DNA of 64,000 bases from contig CAWBCT010000005.1 in the NCBI GenBank assembly GCA_963787445.1, forward strand, positions 480,001 to 544,000, written 5' to 3'. The notes under the pieces were generated by a model. The model was not told the origin of the DNA. It made no database searches and saw nothing but the letters and a program-made list of their open reading frames with translations. Positions 49,887 to 59,626 of this stretch are shown here, piece by piece. Origin of the DNA: an uncultured archaeon (GTDB lineage Archaea > Micrarchaeota > Micrarchaeia > Micrarchaeales > CABMGC01). How positions within the stretch are numbered: the stretch's first letter is position 1; each line of letters opens with the position of its first letter. A program made the translations under genes and the position numbers.

Positions 49887-50144
49887 TTAATCGTAAACCT
49901 CCTTTCTATGCTCAAATCGCAAAAGAATCAGACTGTCACCCTCTTTTTTGTAAATCAATCTATAAGGATTAATGCGAATCGTTCTTTCACCCTTCAAGGT
50001 GTATCCCAAAGGTTTTCCCACTTCGGGGTTTTCGCACAACCTTTTTACCTCAGAATCTATCCTCTTGTTAATGGCCCTATTTCTTAACTTCTTTACGTCC
50101 TTCTCGAACTTATCTGTTACAATTATCTTATCGATAATTACCAT
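49887..50144 (-). CDS. relE: RelE/ParE family toxin
   Basis: FEKDVKKL, NPEVGKPL..LKG.R.IRI.PYRLIY, HRKEVY. Confidence 0.9.
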   Translation of the reverse strand: MVIIDKIIVTDKFEKDVKKLRNRAINKRIDSEVKRLCENPEVGKPLGYTLKGERTIRINPYRLIYKKEGDSLILLRFEHRKEVYD

Positions 50145-50416
50145 TTCGCCAACTCCTCAGAAAAAGATTTCTTGGAGTATATCTTGTATCTACCCTGCTC
50201 TATGTCTTTCCAAGCTTCCTCGACGCCCACCAATGTCTTTAGGTCTCGTTCGTCTATGCCTGAACCTACCTTTTTCATTACTATCATCCCATTTTTAGAC
50301 GTAACAAAGAATAGGTTACCTGTTTTGACCTTTAGTCTTTTCCTAATGTCTGTTGGAATAACAATCTGCCCTTTTGAGCTTGCTCTTGTTATCTCAATCA
50401 TCTCACTTTTTCCCAT
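50138..50416 (-). CDS. AbrB/MazE family antitoxin
   Basis: SSKGQIVIP.DIRK.L; overlaps the toxin start. Confidence 0.88.
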   Translation of the reverse strand: MGKSEMIEITRASSKGQIVIPTDIRKRLKVKTGNLFFVTSKNGMIVMKKVGSGIDERDLKTLVGVEEAWKDIEQGRYKIYSKKSFSEELAKW

Positions 50417-50419
50417 AAT

Positions 50420-50436
50420 AGTAAGATAATCTTACT
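50420..50436. promoter_or_regulatory. perfect inverted repeat AGTAAGAT-A-ATCTTACT, probable TA autoregulatory operator
   Basis: Lies between the TATA-like TTATATAT and the antitoxin ATG. Confidence 0.6.
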
Positions 50437-50466
50437 CATATATAAGTCTTATGTTTAAAAAGCACG

Positions 50467-50538
50467 CGCCCGAAGAAGGGATCGAACCTTCGACCTTGCG
50501 GTTAACAGCCGCACGCTCTACCACTGAGCTATTCGGGC
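50467..50538 (-). tRNA. tRNA-Asn(GTT)
   Basis: Cloverleaf GCCCGAA...TGCGG-CTGTTAA-CCGCA...GGTTCGATCC...TTCGGGCG; no intron, CCA not encoded. Confidence 0.96.
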
Positions 50539-50579
50539 ATAAGGAGTGCATATATCATTGCTCTTAAGGTATTAAAATG

Positions 50580-51269
50580 TTATTGCGATGACGTCTTGAA
50601 GAAGACGGGCTTCTCGGCCAGGTTTATTATCTTCAGGTAAAGGTAGGCGTGGTCGCCGACGCTGTCCGTGAAGCCCACCGCGCCGCTCTTGTAATCATAC
50701 CTGGCGAAGCTCATCGGCTGCTGGGCTGCGGTCTTCGCGTAGTACAGTGTAGTGTCCTCGCCGTGCATGCCCTCCACCAGGTCCAGGCCGTAGAGAACCG
50801 TCTCCTTCCCGTCCCTGAACGAGCAGAGATGCCTTATTCCCTCACCTTTTCCGCTGTTTATCGCCAATTTTATCAGGTCCTCCGCGCTCCCCAGCCTCAC
50901 GCTGCGCAGCTTCGGACTCTTGAGCTTGCCGGGCTTCTGAAATTCCACCAGCTCCATCCTCAATATGCTTGTCGCCTTGTTCTCCTGTCCCGCGCCCAGA
51001 ACCACAAACTTCACCTCCTCGCCCTCAGAGTTCTCCGGGGGCTTGTACAGAAGCCCCTTTGGCTTCTCCTCCGTCCTGGTGAAGTACACGACGCCCTTGT
51101 CCCCTATCCTCTCCCCGAAAATGTACAGGTAGTGGGGTTTCACCGCCTCTTCTAGAAAGATGTTGTCGTATGTGAAGTCGAAGTTGTAGGCATACCTGGC
51201 TACGTCCGTGAGCGAGAGCACACGCAGAGGTATGAGTGACATGGTTTTGGGTTTTTCTTTCTTTGGCAT
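50580..51269 (-). CDS. conserved hypothetical protein
   Basis: Long ORF with host-like codon usage, co-oriented with its neighbour. Confidence 0.65.
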   Translation of the reverse strand: MPKKEKPKTMSLIPLRVLSLTDVARYAYNFDFTYDNIFLEEAVKPHYLYIFGERIGDKGVVYFTRTEEKPKGLLYKPPENSEGEEVKFVVLGAGQENKATSILRMELVEFQKPGKLKSPKLRSVRLGSAEDLIKLAINSGKGEGIRHLCSFRDGKETVLYGLDLVEGMHGEDTTLYYAKTAAQQPMSFARYDYKSGAVGFTDSVGDHAYLYLKIINLAEKPVFFKTSSQ

Positions 51270-51278
51270 TACGGCACC

Positions 51279-52121
51279 TTAGGCCCTGACAGCAAGTCCG
51301 TACAGGTAGGAGACCAGCGACATCAGGGCGTAGGCCGGCTCCAGGATTATCGGCGAGAGCACTGCGCCCTGGTCTATCGCCTTATAGTCGTTGTAGAGGC
51401 TCTCGTTCACGTCAAAGGTTATCGGGTAGGACTGCCTTATCAGCGGGCTCGTCGAAGAGCTCACGGTGAGGTTGAAGTTGTAGGCGCCGGGCTCGCTCAG
51501 GAAGATCGGGTAGGTGAAGGTGTTGGTCCTTGAATGGAGCGAGATCACCTGGTCGGTTATGTTCCAGGCAGGAAGGCTGTGGGCGCTTATGACGAACGGG
51601 TCGTCCGAGATCCCGGTGTTGTTTATGGTCACGTAGAGCTCTGTGGGCTGCCCTATGCCCGCGTAGATCCTGAGCGGGTTCACGTTAAGGTTGAAAACGT
51701 TCGTGGTCACGTTCATGTAAACCGTTGCGGTAAGGTTTCCTATCCTAGAGTAGTTCTGCACGTTCAGGGCCTTTATCTGGAACGAGTAGGCCCCGTTGGG
51801 CGTGTAGGAGGCCACCGTCACCTTCATCTTCATCGGGTTCTCGTAGAGAGGCGAGGCCTGCGCAGACCATCCCGCCGGAAGGTTGTTGGCCGTGAGCGTG
51901 TCCCACCCTATCGGGCCGACGTAGCTGCCCGAGGCGTTAACGGTTGCGGAGCCTGCGGAGATGTAGAAGCTCTCGCCCGGTCCCACCTTTCCAAGATAAA
52001 CGCTGCCCCCATTGTAAAGCGTTGCGTTTAGGGGCGCCTGAACAGCCAGGTAGGTCGAGCTGGCGTAGGCAACAGCCATGGAAAGGATGGCAAGCAGTAG
52101 GGCTGTCCTCAAAAACTTCAT
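51279..52121 (-). CDS. secreted, membrane-anchored Ig-like surface protein
   Basis: Signal peptide, NxT sequons, INNTG..DD.F motif, C-terminal hydrophobic helix. Confidence 0.7.
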   Translation of the reverse strand: MKFLRTALLLAILSMAVAYASSTYLAVQAPLNATLYNGGSVYLGKVGPGESFYISAGSATVNASGSYVGPIGWDTLTANNLPAGWSAQASPLYENPMKMKVTVASYTPNGAYSFQIKALNVQNYSRIGNLTATVYMNVTTNVFNLNVNPLRIYAGIGQPTELYVTINNTGISDDPFVISAHSLPAWNITDQVISLHSRTNTFTYPIFLSEPGAYNFNLTVSSSTSPLIRQSYPITFDVNESLYNDYKAIDQGAVLSPIILEPAYALMSLVSYLYGLAVRA

Positions 52122-52177
52122 GATATAGATAACGGCATAACATCTTTATAAGATTATCTGATTTTATTCTATATGAT

Positions 52178-53092
52178 GTGTCTATGGCAACTCCTCAGTA
52201 TCTCTGGTTTGATGGCAAGTTTATCCCATTCGCAGAAGCGAAGGTTCACGTGCTAACCCACTCATTGCAGTACGGCAGCGGGATCTTTGAAGGCATGCGG
52301 GCCTACGAGACCGACCGCGGCCCATCGATCTTCCGCCTCAAGGACCACATGCAGCGCTTCATCAACACCGCAAAGGTGTACCAGATGGACCTGGGAGCCA
52401 CAAAGTCGCAGCTGGAGGCAGCCGCACTAGAGCTGGTCAGAAAGAACAAGCTGGGAAGCTGCTACCTACGCCCCTACGCTTTCTACAACGACCAAAGAAT
52501 AGGGATCAGTGTTACGGGCAAGAAGGTCAGCACCATGATAGCCGCTGAAGAGCTCGGTTCCTACTACAAGTCAAAGGACAAGGGGATAAGCTGCAAGGTC
52601 TCCTCCTGGAGGCGCATAAACTCAAACATACTCCCTCCCCAGGCCAAGGCCAGCGGCAACTACCTCAACTCAATCCTTGCATCCCAGGAAGCACACTCCT
52701 GCGGTGCAGACGAGGCGATCCTTCTTTCCACCTCAGGCTACGTGGCCGAGGGTCCGGCAGACAACATCTTCCTAGTTAGAGACGGCAAGCTCCTCACCCC
52801 TTCAGTCGAATCCGACATATTAATGGGAATAACGCGCGACACCGTGATCAAGATCGCGCGCTCCAAGGGAATCGAGGTTGAAGAGCGCCAGATTCATAGG
52901 GAAGAGCTCTACGCTGCAGATGAGATCTTCTTCACCGGCACGGCTGCCGAGATAGCCCACATTGTGCGTGTTGATTCAAAGACCGTGGGCGATGGAAAAG
53001 CGGGCCCGATCGGCAAGCTAATCACCGATGCCTACAAGAAAGTGGTGACCGGAAAGACCAAGATGGGCAAGGACTGGCTTAACTACGCCTGA
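52178..53092 (+). CDS. ilvE: branched-chain amino acid aminotransferase
   Basis: LQYGSGIFEG, AKASGNY, EG..DNIF, GITR, TGTAAEI. Confidence 0.94.
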   Translation: MSMATPQYLWFDGKFIPFAEAKVHVLTHSLQYGSGIFEGMRAYETDRGPSIFRLKDHMQRFINTAKVYQMDLGATKSQLEAAALELVRKNKLGSCYLRPYAFYNDQRIGISVTGKKVSTMIAAEELGSYYKSKDKGISCKVSSWRRINSNILPPQAKASGNYLNSILASQEAHSCGADEAILLSTSGYVAEGPADNIFLVRDGKLLTPSVESDILMGITRDTVIKIARSKGIEVEERQIHREELYAADEIFFTGTAAEIAHIVRVDSKTVGDGKAGPIGKLITDAYKKVVTGKTKMGKDWLNYA

Positions 53093-53986
53093 TCACTTGG
53101 TCAGCAGCGTGTAGCCGTCCTTCTCCACTATCAGCTCCTTCTCAGCCTGCGCCACAAGGCCTCCCTTCTCCTCTACGAGCACCGGGAAGGTCTCGAGCAC
53201 CTCCATGTTCACGAGCTCCTGGATTCCCTTGCGTATCCCGAAGCCGCTCAGGTTAGGAAGGGCCTTCTCTAGCCATCTTATGGCAAAGGGATAGGTCAGG
53301 TATCGCTCATCGACTATGGAGAGTATCTGCCTTGCCTCCTGGGATCTCGGAATCGCGTACTGGACCTTCTGGAAGATCTGTATCTCATCGCTGTCCTGGA
53401 CGTAGCCTGCGCCATCGGTAACGAACGGCTCTATGGAGATGACCTGGCCTTCTAGGAGCCTAGTCGTATCTCCGTTGTCAAAGTTTGCTATGAAGACGTC
53501 AGCGTGCAGCTCCTCTGAAGTTATCCCATGCCCGCCGAGATTCCTTACTGGGAAGACACCCTTCTCAGTAACCACCCTTTCTATGGCCTTTCCTATCTCT
53601 CTTAATTGAACCCCGGCCTTCACTACGCCTAAAGCAGCCTCTAGCGATTCCTCTGCAGCTTCAACGAGCGAGGTGTTATTCCCTGAAATGTCAACAGTTA
53701 CCGCGCAGTCTCCCAAGCAGGTTCCCTTCCTTGCTCCAACATCCACCTTCACCAGGTCTCCGGATTTGAAAACGGTGTCATCCTCCTTTGAGGGGGTATA
53801 GTGGGCGGCCTTGCTGTTTACGGAGATGTTTACCGGGAACGAGAGCCCGAAACCCTTCTTCTCTATGAATGACTCTATGCTCTCAGCAACGTCAAAGAGC
53901 TTCGCACCCTCCTTGACCAGGCCTCTGGCATGCTGAAGTGCCTCGTACGAGGCCTTTCCTACCTCAAGATGTTCCTTATGGTCCAT
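53093..53986 (-). CDS. map: methionine aminopeptidase type II
   Basis: FPVN, AAHYTP, VDVG, DCA, NLGGH, IEPF, AQAE. Confidence 0.94.
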   Translation of the reverse strand: MDHKEHLEVGKASYEALQHARGLVKEGAKLFDVAESIESFIEKKGFGLSFPVNISVNSKAAHYTPSKEDDTVFKSGDLVKVDVGARKGTCLGDCAVTVDISGNNTSLVEAAEESLEAALGVVKAGVQLREIGKAIERVVTEKGVFPVRNLGGHGITSEELHADVFIANFDNGDTTRLLEGQVISIEPFVTDGAGYVQDSDEIQIFQKVQYAIPRSQEARQILSIVDERYLTYPFAIRWLEKALPNLSGFGIRKGIQELVNMEVLETFPVLVEEKGGLVAQAEKELIVEKDGYTLLTK

Positions 53987-54005
53987 GTTATTACATCGCA
54001 GGACG

Positions 54006-54635
54006 TTATTTTATTATCTTGTGCTTGATCAGGGCAACCTTCACGATCCTGAAGATAAGCTCATGGCCTTCCTCATTCGGATGCAGGCCATCCGCAAGGA
54101 GTTTGTGGTAGTTTGCCTTCTCGAACTCTGTCCGTATCTTGATTATTGGGACATTTTCCTGCCAGCAGATGCTGGCCAGTATGTCGTTCAGCGCGTTTAT
54201 GTCTTTGTTTCTGTAGAATATTTCCGAATTCCAGGGCACAGGGGTGACCTTTGGCTCCGAAACCGGCAATAAATCCAAGAAAAATATATTTTTTGTGTAC
54301 TCCTTTGCGAGTTCTATCAACTTGTTGATATTCGATGAAAATTCCCTGTTAGTTACAGTGCGTTTCTTCCTCGTAGAAGCATCGTTACCTCCAACCGAAA
54401 ATATTATGGCGAAGTTTTCCTTATACTCGGCAGCTTCCCTAAACCGAGCTCCGCATTCAATCTTGAACCTTTTCATGATCTCTTTGCTTGTGTCACCAGA
54501 GATTCCAAGGTTGTAGACCATGTCTCCATCATCTTTTGAGTCAATGTACTTTCTGAGCCTGTTTACCCACCCTCCCTGCTCTCTATCCAATGCGCCATAT
54601 GTGTCGCTGTCTCCGAATACACAGATTACTGTCAT
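54006..54635 (-). CDS. SGNH/GDSL hydrolase
   Basis: FGDS, NLGISGD, GGND, DGLHPN; start reset to ATG 54635. Confidence 0.9.
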   Translation of the reverse strand: MTVICVFGDSDTYGALDREQGGWVNRLRKYIDSKDDGDMVYNLGISGDTSKEIMKRFKIECGARFREAAEYKENFAIIFSVGGNDASTRKKRTVTNREFSSNINKLIELAKEYTKNIFFLDLLPVSEPKVTPVPWNSEIFYRNKDINALNDILASICWQENVPIIKIRTEFEKANYHKLLADGLHPNEEGHELIFRIVKVALIKHKIIK

Positions 54636-54639
54636 AATT

Positions 54640-57072
54640 TCACACCAATCTCTTTTGAGATCCCAATCCCTGCAATTCCTCTTCAGTAACACCAAGTTCC
54701 TTGAGAATCTTAAGCGTTGCGGGTATTATCTGGTGATTTATGTAATAGTCCGCATCGTAATCCTTTGCGAACTCCTCCAACTCTGCCTTATCGGAGATGC
54801 TGCTGCCCGTCTTGGTCACCACATAGCTGATTGTGCTGCCCTCCATCTCCTTCTTGACCTTCTGCCCGCGCGCTATCGCCTTCTTCACAGCAGCGAGCTC
54901 CGGCGATTTGTTGTCATAGCTGTCGATTTTTTTCCTCAACTGGGTCTGTATCACCAGCTCCTTGATGTCCGCCTTGCCTTCCCTAAGCCTCTTTACCACA
55001 TCCTTGACTATGGCTATCGCGCTCTCCTTGGTCCCTGCGTGAAGTATATTCTCCAATACGGCCCTCTGCGTATTTCTGGAGACGGCCGACCAATCCCTTC
55101 TAACAAGTTCAAATCCGCGTATCTTTATCCTTCCTGACTCTGAAAGCAGCGCATACTTCTTCTTTGCACCGGCGTCTACCGCTCCCCTCTTGCCTACAAA
55201 GACCCCGCTGGTGTAAAAATCTTCGAGTTCAAGTTCCATAGAATCCGGAAGTGATTTGTTTACATCGTCAAGGAACTTCTTCGCATCTTCCTTTGTCTTC
55301 TCTCCCCTAAGAAGCATAATCGAATCCGTGTCCCCATAGATCACCCTGAATCCGTGCTTCTCCGCACTCTCCATCGTCCTGTTTATGTACTCTCTGCCGA
55401 AAGCCGTGACGCTCTCAGCGCATTCGCGGGAGTACCAGCGAGACCTCGCATACCCGAGGTAGCCGTAGAACGAGTTCGCTATGATCTTGAGTCCTGTCGA
55501 ACGGGCTGCAAGAGACTTGTTGTCCGGATCCTTCTTGAACGCCTTCTTTATCTCTGATCTCTCCTTAAGCATCAATCTCAGGACGTTGGGGACTATGCCG
55601 AGCGGCTTCTTCCTGAACTTTGCCTTGGTTGGTGATTCAAATACCTCTTCCTTATCGCTGCCCTTGTAAAGAGTTGAAGGGTCAATATTGTATGCGATTA
55701 TTATGGATGGGTACAGGCTCCTGAAGTCAAAGACCACTATGTCCTTGTATATTCCCGCATCCGGCGTCTTTACGTAGGCACCCTCGATAGGGTTGTCGTT
55801 CCTCCAGTTGATGTCCCTGTCGTTTGGCTTGTTCGGTATGAACTCGTTGTTATTATGCGCATAGCGCATCAAAAGATGCTCCACAAGCTGCCCCGTGGTT
55901 GAGATGCACGCCTCGCCCAGCGTTGTCCCTACTATCTTCGAGATTTCCTGCTCCAGCGGCACGAAGAACTTGTAAAGCTCCTCCAGCGCGAACGAGTCTG
56001 CCAGAGAGTAGTCTGCAAGCTCCTCCCTGTCCTTGTCTCCGCCGTCCCAGATCTGCCAGATGTTAAGCCTGTCAACCATCTTCTTCTTGTCTCCTGTTAT
56101 TGCTGCGTAGACCTCGCTAAGCTTGAGGTTGCTCGCCTTTATCAGGTTCTCCGAAGCCCCAACTATGGAGACGAACTTCGCCACGTTGTAAACGTCCACG
56201 TTGACCCTGCCAGGTATCTTCACCATCTGCACAAGCCCGTGGTTCTGCTGCTCCGGCGCGTCCCCATATCTTCCGATGTCGAAGCCGGCCCTGCTCACAT
56301 TTCCGCGCTTCACCATGTAGGGAATATCGAAATTAGAGGAGTTGTAGCCCGCAATCGCGTCAAACTGGCCGTTGTTCACGTACTCCACGAAGTTGCTGAT
56401 CATCGCCTTCTCGCTCTCGAACACCTTGACGAACGGTCTCTTGATCTTCTTCGTTGTAAGCACCGCAGACTCCTTCCCGTCGGTGTAGCTTACCATGATT
56501 ACCGGATCGACCTCTGGCCTGGGCGTCCCTTGGGGGTTGTAGGTCTCAATATCAAAGCAGAGGTGGGTGATCTCCTCCTTCACTGCAGCCGCCGCTGGCC
56601 TGATCTCATCTATGCGGAGCTTCCCGTTCTCTTCATGCGCCGTAACTTCGATGCCGAACAGCGGCGAGAGCTTGTGATCAATCAGATATCTCTTCCAGAA
56701 AAGGATGTCGTACTCGTACCGCTCTCCGAACTCGGCCATCAGCTCGCTGAGCCTGGGAACCTGCCTCGTGCTCTGCACATAAATCCTGAACGCCCTTGTT
56801 GGCGTGCCTTTTAGCGAGAGTTTTTTCTCTTCAACAAGGAAGGGTTTGATTCCGCCCTCCTGGTCGGTCAGCTCCACCTTCTCCAGCGCCTCCTTTGTTA
56901 TGCTCTCGCTGGAGGGTATTATGTAAAAATAAGGCCTAAAATTAAAATCAAAAAGCTGGTAGGCCTTCCCGCCAGCTTTCAGAGTAAGTCTTATGATGCT
57001 TCGTTCACCAACGGGCACGTAGTCTGCGTCAAGCAGGATACCGCTCAGTTTTACGCTGGCATCATGCTCCAT
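54640..57072 (-). CDS. polB: family B DNA polymerase, no intein
   Basis: FDIETY, GYNS..FD, DFRSLYPSII, KIIANSFYGY, YGDTDS, KKKY, VRRDW. Confidence 0.97.
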   Translation of the reverse strand: MEHDASVKLSGILLDADYVPVGERSIIRLTLKAGGKAYQLFDFNFRPYFYIIPSSESITKEALEKVELTDQEGGIKPFLVEEKKLSLKGTPTRAFRIYVQSTRQVPRLSELMAEFGERYEYDILFWKRYLIDHKLSPLFGIEVTAHEENGKLRIDEIRPAAAAVKEEITHLCFDIETYNPQGTPRPEVDPVIMVSYTDGKESAVLTTKKIKRPFVKVFESEKAMISNFVEYVNNGQFDAIAGYNSSNFDIPYMVKRGNVSRAGFDIGRYGDAPEQQNHGLVQMVKIPGRVNVDVYNVAKFVSIVGASENLIKASNLKLSEVYAAITGDKKKMVDRLNIWQIWDGGDKDREELADYSLADSFALEELYKFFVPLEQEISKIVGTTLGEACISTTGQLVEHLLMRYAHNNNEFIPNKPNDRDINWRNDNPIEGAYVKTPDAGIYKDIVVFDFRSLYPSIIIAYNIDPSTLYKGSDKEEVFESPTKAKFRKKPLGIVPNVLRLMLKERSEIKKAFKKDPDNKSLAARSTGLKIIANSFYGYLGYARSRWYSRECAESVTAFGREYINRTMESAEKHGFRVIYGDTDSIMLLRGEKTKEDAKKFLDDVNKSLPDSMELELEDFYTSGVFVGKRGAVDAGAKKKYALLSESGRIKIRGFELVRRDWSAVSRNTQRAVLENILHAGTKESAIAIVKDVVKRLREGKADIKELVIQTQLRKKIDSYDNKSPELAAVKKAIARGQKVKKEMEGSTISYVVTKTGSSISDKAELEEFAKDYDADYYINHQIIPATLKILKELGVTEEELQGLGSQKRLV

Positions 57073-57088
57073 AAGCTCCCCTAGGGGC

Positions 57089-57508
57089 TCACTGCGCCCT
57101 TGCGTTAGGGGTGTTTTCCTGCAGCTTGGCCCTTGAGATCGGGAGCGGTGCAGGGAAGCCCATCGAGTAGGCTACCAGAGTTCCGCGAGCACCGCACTCA
57201 AAGTTGAGCAGGTTTATCACGTCCTCTGCAAACTTTAGAGGCAAGGTCTTCTTGCTCTTCCAGACAGACTCTATCTCCTCAGCATCCTTCTTTGACTCCT
57301 TTGCGAGTATGTCACCCTGAAGTGTAAGCTCGCCAACCTTTGCCGACTTGGTGCCTTCGTACACTGCCACGAACGTGAAACCCACTGTGACGTTCTCCTG
57401 CGAGACCTTCACATTCTCGAAGTTTATGTTAAACTTCATGTTTCCAATCAGTTCGCCGTTCGGCTCACGCTTAGCTTCTACTTTCTGCATATCCACTCCT
57501 GTTATCAT
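57089..57508 (-). CDS. conserved hypothetical protein upstream of polB
   Basis: Co-oriented with polB; C-terminal PAPLP. Confidence 0.7.
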   Translation of the reverse strand: MITGVDMQKVEAKREPNGELIGNMKFNINFENVKVSQENVTVGFTFVAVYEGTKSAKVGELTLQGDILAKESKKDAEEIESVWKSKKTLPLKFAEDVINLLNFECGARGTLVAYSMGFPAPLPISRAKLQENTPNARAQ

Positions 57509-57648
57509 ACACTCACGTCTAATATTTTCAAGATATATATCGTGCGTTTACTATAAAATACTTGTTATTTGGAACGTTTAATCGCCAAAAACTTTTACTT
57601 GATAGTGCAATTGGCTAGCGTAAGGTTTAAGAACTATCTATCTTCAAT

Positions 57649-58089
57649 ATGAAATATGCGCAGCATGGGGTTGGTGGCATTCCAGGCAAGGCTATAGTCA
57701 ACAACTGCGTCCATTTTATTTCAGAAGTCAAACGCATCTCCAGCAAGACAGAACTCTCCCAGCAGGAATCTGAAATAAAGGAAACAGCCTGGGTCGTCGC
57801 CTCACTATCCTCTAACCATTCCTGGAAAACCTACAAGTACCTGCACCATGATGGCGAGTTTGACAATGAGGCGTTTGTTGGTGAGACCGGATATGCCCTG
57901 AAGGAAGGCTGGAAAAATATAAGTGAGTCCGACTACGCCGAAGTTAAAAACAAACTTCCCAAGGATCATCTGCTCAACCGCTGGAAGCAGTATGCTCTTG
58001 ACGAAAAACACCGCAATAGGTTCAGCCAGTTATACAACAAGTTCCAAAAGGAGCAGGCCTACGAGCTCCAGCCGGAGACGCAGCGGTAG
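57649..58089 (+). CDS. hypothetical protein (orphan)
   Basis: 146-aa ORF with an upstream TTTAAG element; no recognisable motif. Confidence 0.55.
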   Translation: MKYAQHGVGGIPGKAIVNNCVHFISEVKRISSKTELSQQESEIKETAWVVASLSSNHSWKTYKYLHHDGEFDNEAFVGETGYALKEGWKNISESDYAEVKNKLPKDHLLNRWKQYALDEKHRNRFSQLYNKFQKEQAYELQPETQR

Positions 58090-58137
58090 TCTTCTACTCT
58101 TATTATTCCTTTGTTTCCCAATAACTACTACGGCCAA

Positions 58138-58212
58138 GGGCATGTGGCGTAACTTGGATAGCGCATCGGGCTTCGGACCCGAGGGTTGCGGGTTCAAATC
58201 CCGCCATGCCCA
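58138..58212 (+). tRNA. tRNA-Arg(TCG)
   Basis: GGGCATG/CATGCCC acceptor stem, anticodon arm TCGGG-CTTCGGA-CCCGA, T-arm GCGGGTTCAAATCCCGC. Confidence 0.93.
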
Positions 58213-58220
58213 GTCATCAT

Positions 58221-59591
58221 TCAGATTGGTTTTATAATTATTCTACAATTTCTACTACCACAACTGCACTTCATAGAATCTCCAGGCACCATTGTTTCTG
58301 AATAGTTTGCAGTTATCTCCTCACCCTTCTTGATATTTCTGTTTGCAACATCACAGAAATCATCTGCATGCGTATTTGCACTGCACGAATGGTTAACGTA
58401 TCTCTCTGGAGAACCCATCACAATGTTCTTTCCTTGATAACAAATAACATGACGCTTAGCCTCATCAGATAACAAGTTTAATTCTGCATTGGTCAGTTGC
58501 TTAGATGTGTGCCATCTAGTAACAATTTCCCCTTCCTTAAAATCTCTAGCTGCAAATAACCCCTTCCCTTCTATTTTAGATTTTTTAACCGCAAAAGATT
58601 GATCGCCTGACTCTTCGCGTAACTTTAGCCTAATCGGCTTGGACATCCTACTTATTTCATCGTCCATTGATTTCTTGTATTCAGGATCAGTCTTGCTAAG
58701 TCTCCTGAGATGCCCATTCTCAAGGAATTTGGGATCAACATAGCGCGTCTTCCCGTGCACCGTTATCTCACCATCTTCAGAAAATGAGAACTCCAGGGGA
58801 CCTCCAGCCCTGTCTAGCATGACGTTAAGCTTGGCATCTCCAGCCTTCCTGAGAAAGGCTGTGATTTCCTCATCTGTACCATACATACCATCGTGCGTTA
58901 TGATACCCGTACTCGCTGCGTACCTCAGCGCCTCACCAAGAAGATGATATCTCAACATATGCTCTGGCGCTGCCCAGTTCTTGATCTGGAAGTCTAGGTA
59001 CATCCTCCCAAAGGCCTTCGCTGCTGCTTTTGAATCGAAGACAATTTCACCATTGTAAACCTTTAGGGAATTGAGGCACAGCTTTACCTCTTCGCGGTAC
59101 CTCATAAGTCCCTCCCTGAGGGTATAATCCACTCTGTCGCCGCAAAGATCCGGCGAAGGCCTTTCCAGTAATCCATATTTGCCGCTCGACTCAGCAGTGC
59201 TTATCTCATGTACATCGAAACCGTTCCTGCTTATAATCTTTCCAAGCTCTGAATTCTTTATGTATTGCTCAAGGTTCTTGTCCTGGTAGTCACTCTTTCT
59301 CGGGTCGCCGAACGCCCAGTCAACCGTGTGCGAGAAAGCGGTGTGAGAGGCGTCGTGTATAAGTCCTGCAATTTGCTCTGCAAATGGCGCACCGAGCCTC
59401 CTGAGCAGCAGCATCACTCCCACACTGTGCTCGTATCTTGAGAAATTCATTGTGTTTTCAGTTTTCGTATTGGGCAGGAGGCCATGCTGAAACACACCCT
59501 TCAGTCTTTGCATGGGTGCAGAGTTTATCAGCTCCACTAGAACCTTCTCGTTTACCTCAACGGAACCGTAAACTTCATCTTTAATTAACAA
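58221..59591 (-). CDS. HD-domain phosphohydrolase fused to a SET/post-SET methyltransferase domain
   Basis: HD: RLKG..Q, RYEHS.G, IHDASH..FSH, DRVDY. SET: GKGLFA.RDF.EGE, RYVNHSC..N, GEEIT.NY, C.CGS..C. Confidence 0.88.
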   Translation of the reverse strand: MLIKDEVYGSVEVNEKVLVELINSAPMQRLKGVFQHGLLPNTKTENTMNFSRYEHSVGVMLLLRRLGAPFAEQIAGLIHDASHTAFSHTVDWAFGDPRKSDYQDKNLEQYIKNSELGKIISRNGFDVHEISTAESSGKYGLLERPSPDLCGDRVDYTLREGLMRYREEVKLCLNSLKVYNGEIVFDSKAAAKAFGRMYLDFQIKNWAAPEHMLRYHLLGEALRYAASTGIITHDGMYGTDEEITAFLRKAGDAKLNVMLDRAGGPLEFSFSEDGEITVHGKTRYVDPKFLENGHLRRLSKTDPEYKKSMDDEISRMSKPIRLKLREESGDQSFAVKKSKIEGKGLFAARDFKEGEIVTRWHTSKQLTNAELNLLSDEAKRHVICYQGKNIVMGSPERYVNHSCSANTHADDFCDVANRNIKKGEEITANYSETMVPGDSMKCSCGSRNCRIIIKPI

Positions 59592-59626
59592 GAGATCACC
59601 ACTGCCTGCTGCCTTAAGTATAAAAT

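Noticed and set aside
54640-57072. Intein or inactivation in PolB (LonB and TopA also checked)
   Set aside because: Lengths are normal and catalytic motifs are contiguous and intact
58138-58212. Reading the tRNA as Pro(CGG)
   Set aside because: The 7-nt loop CTTCGGA places TCG at positions 34-36, which is Arg
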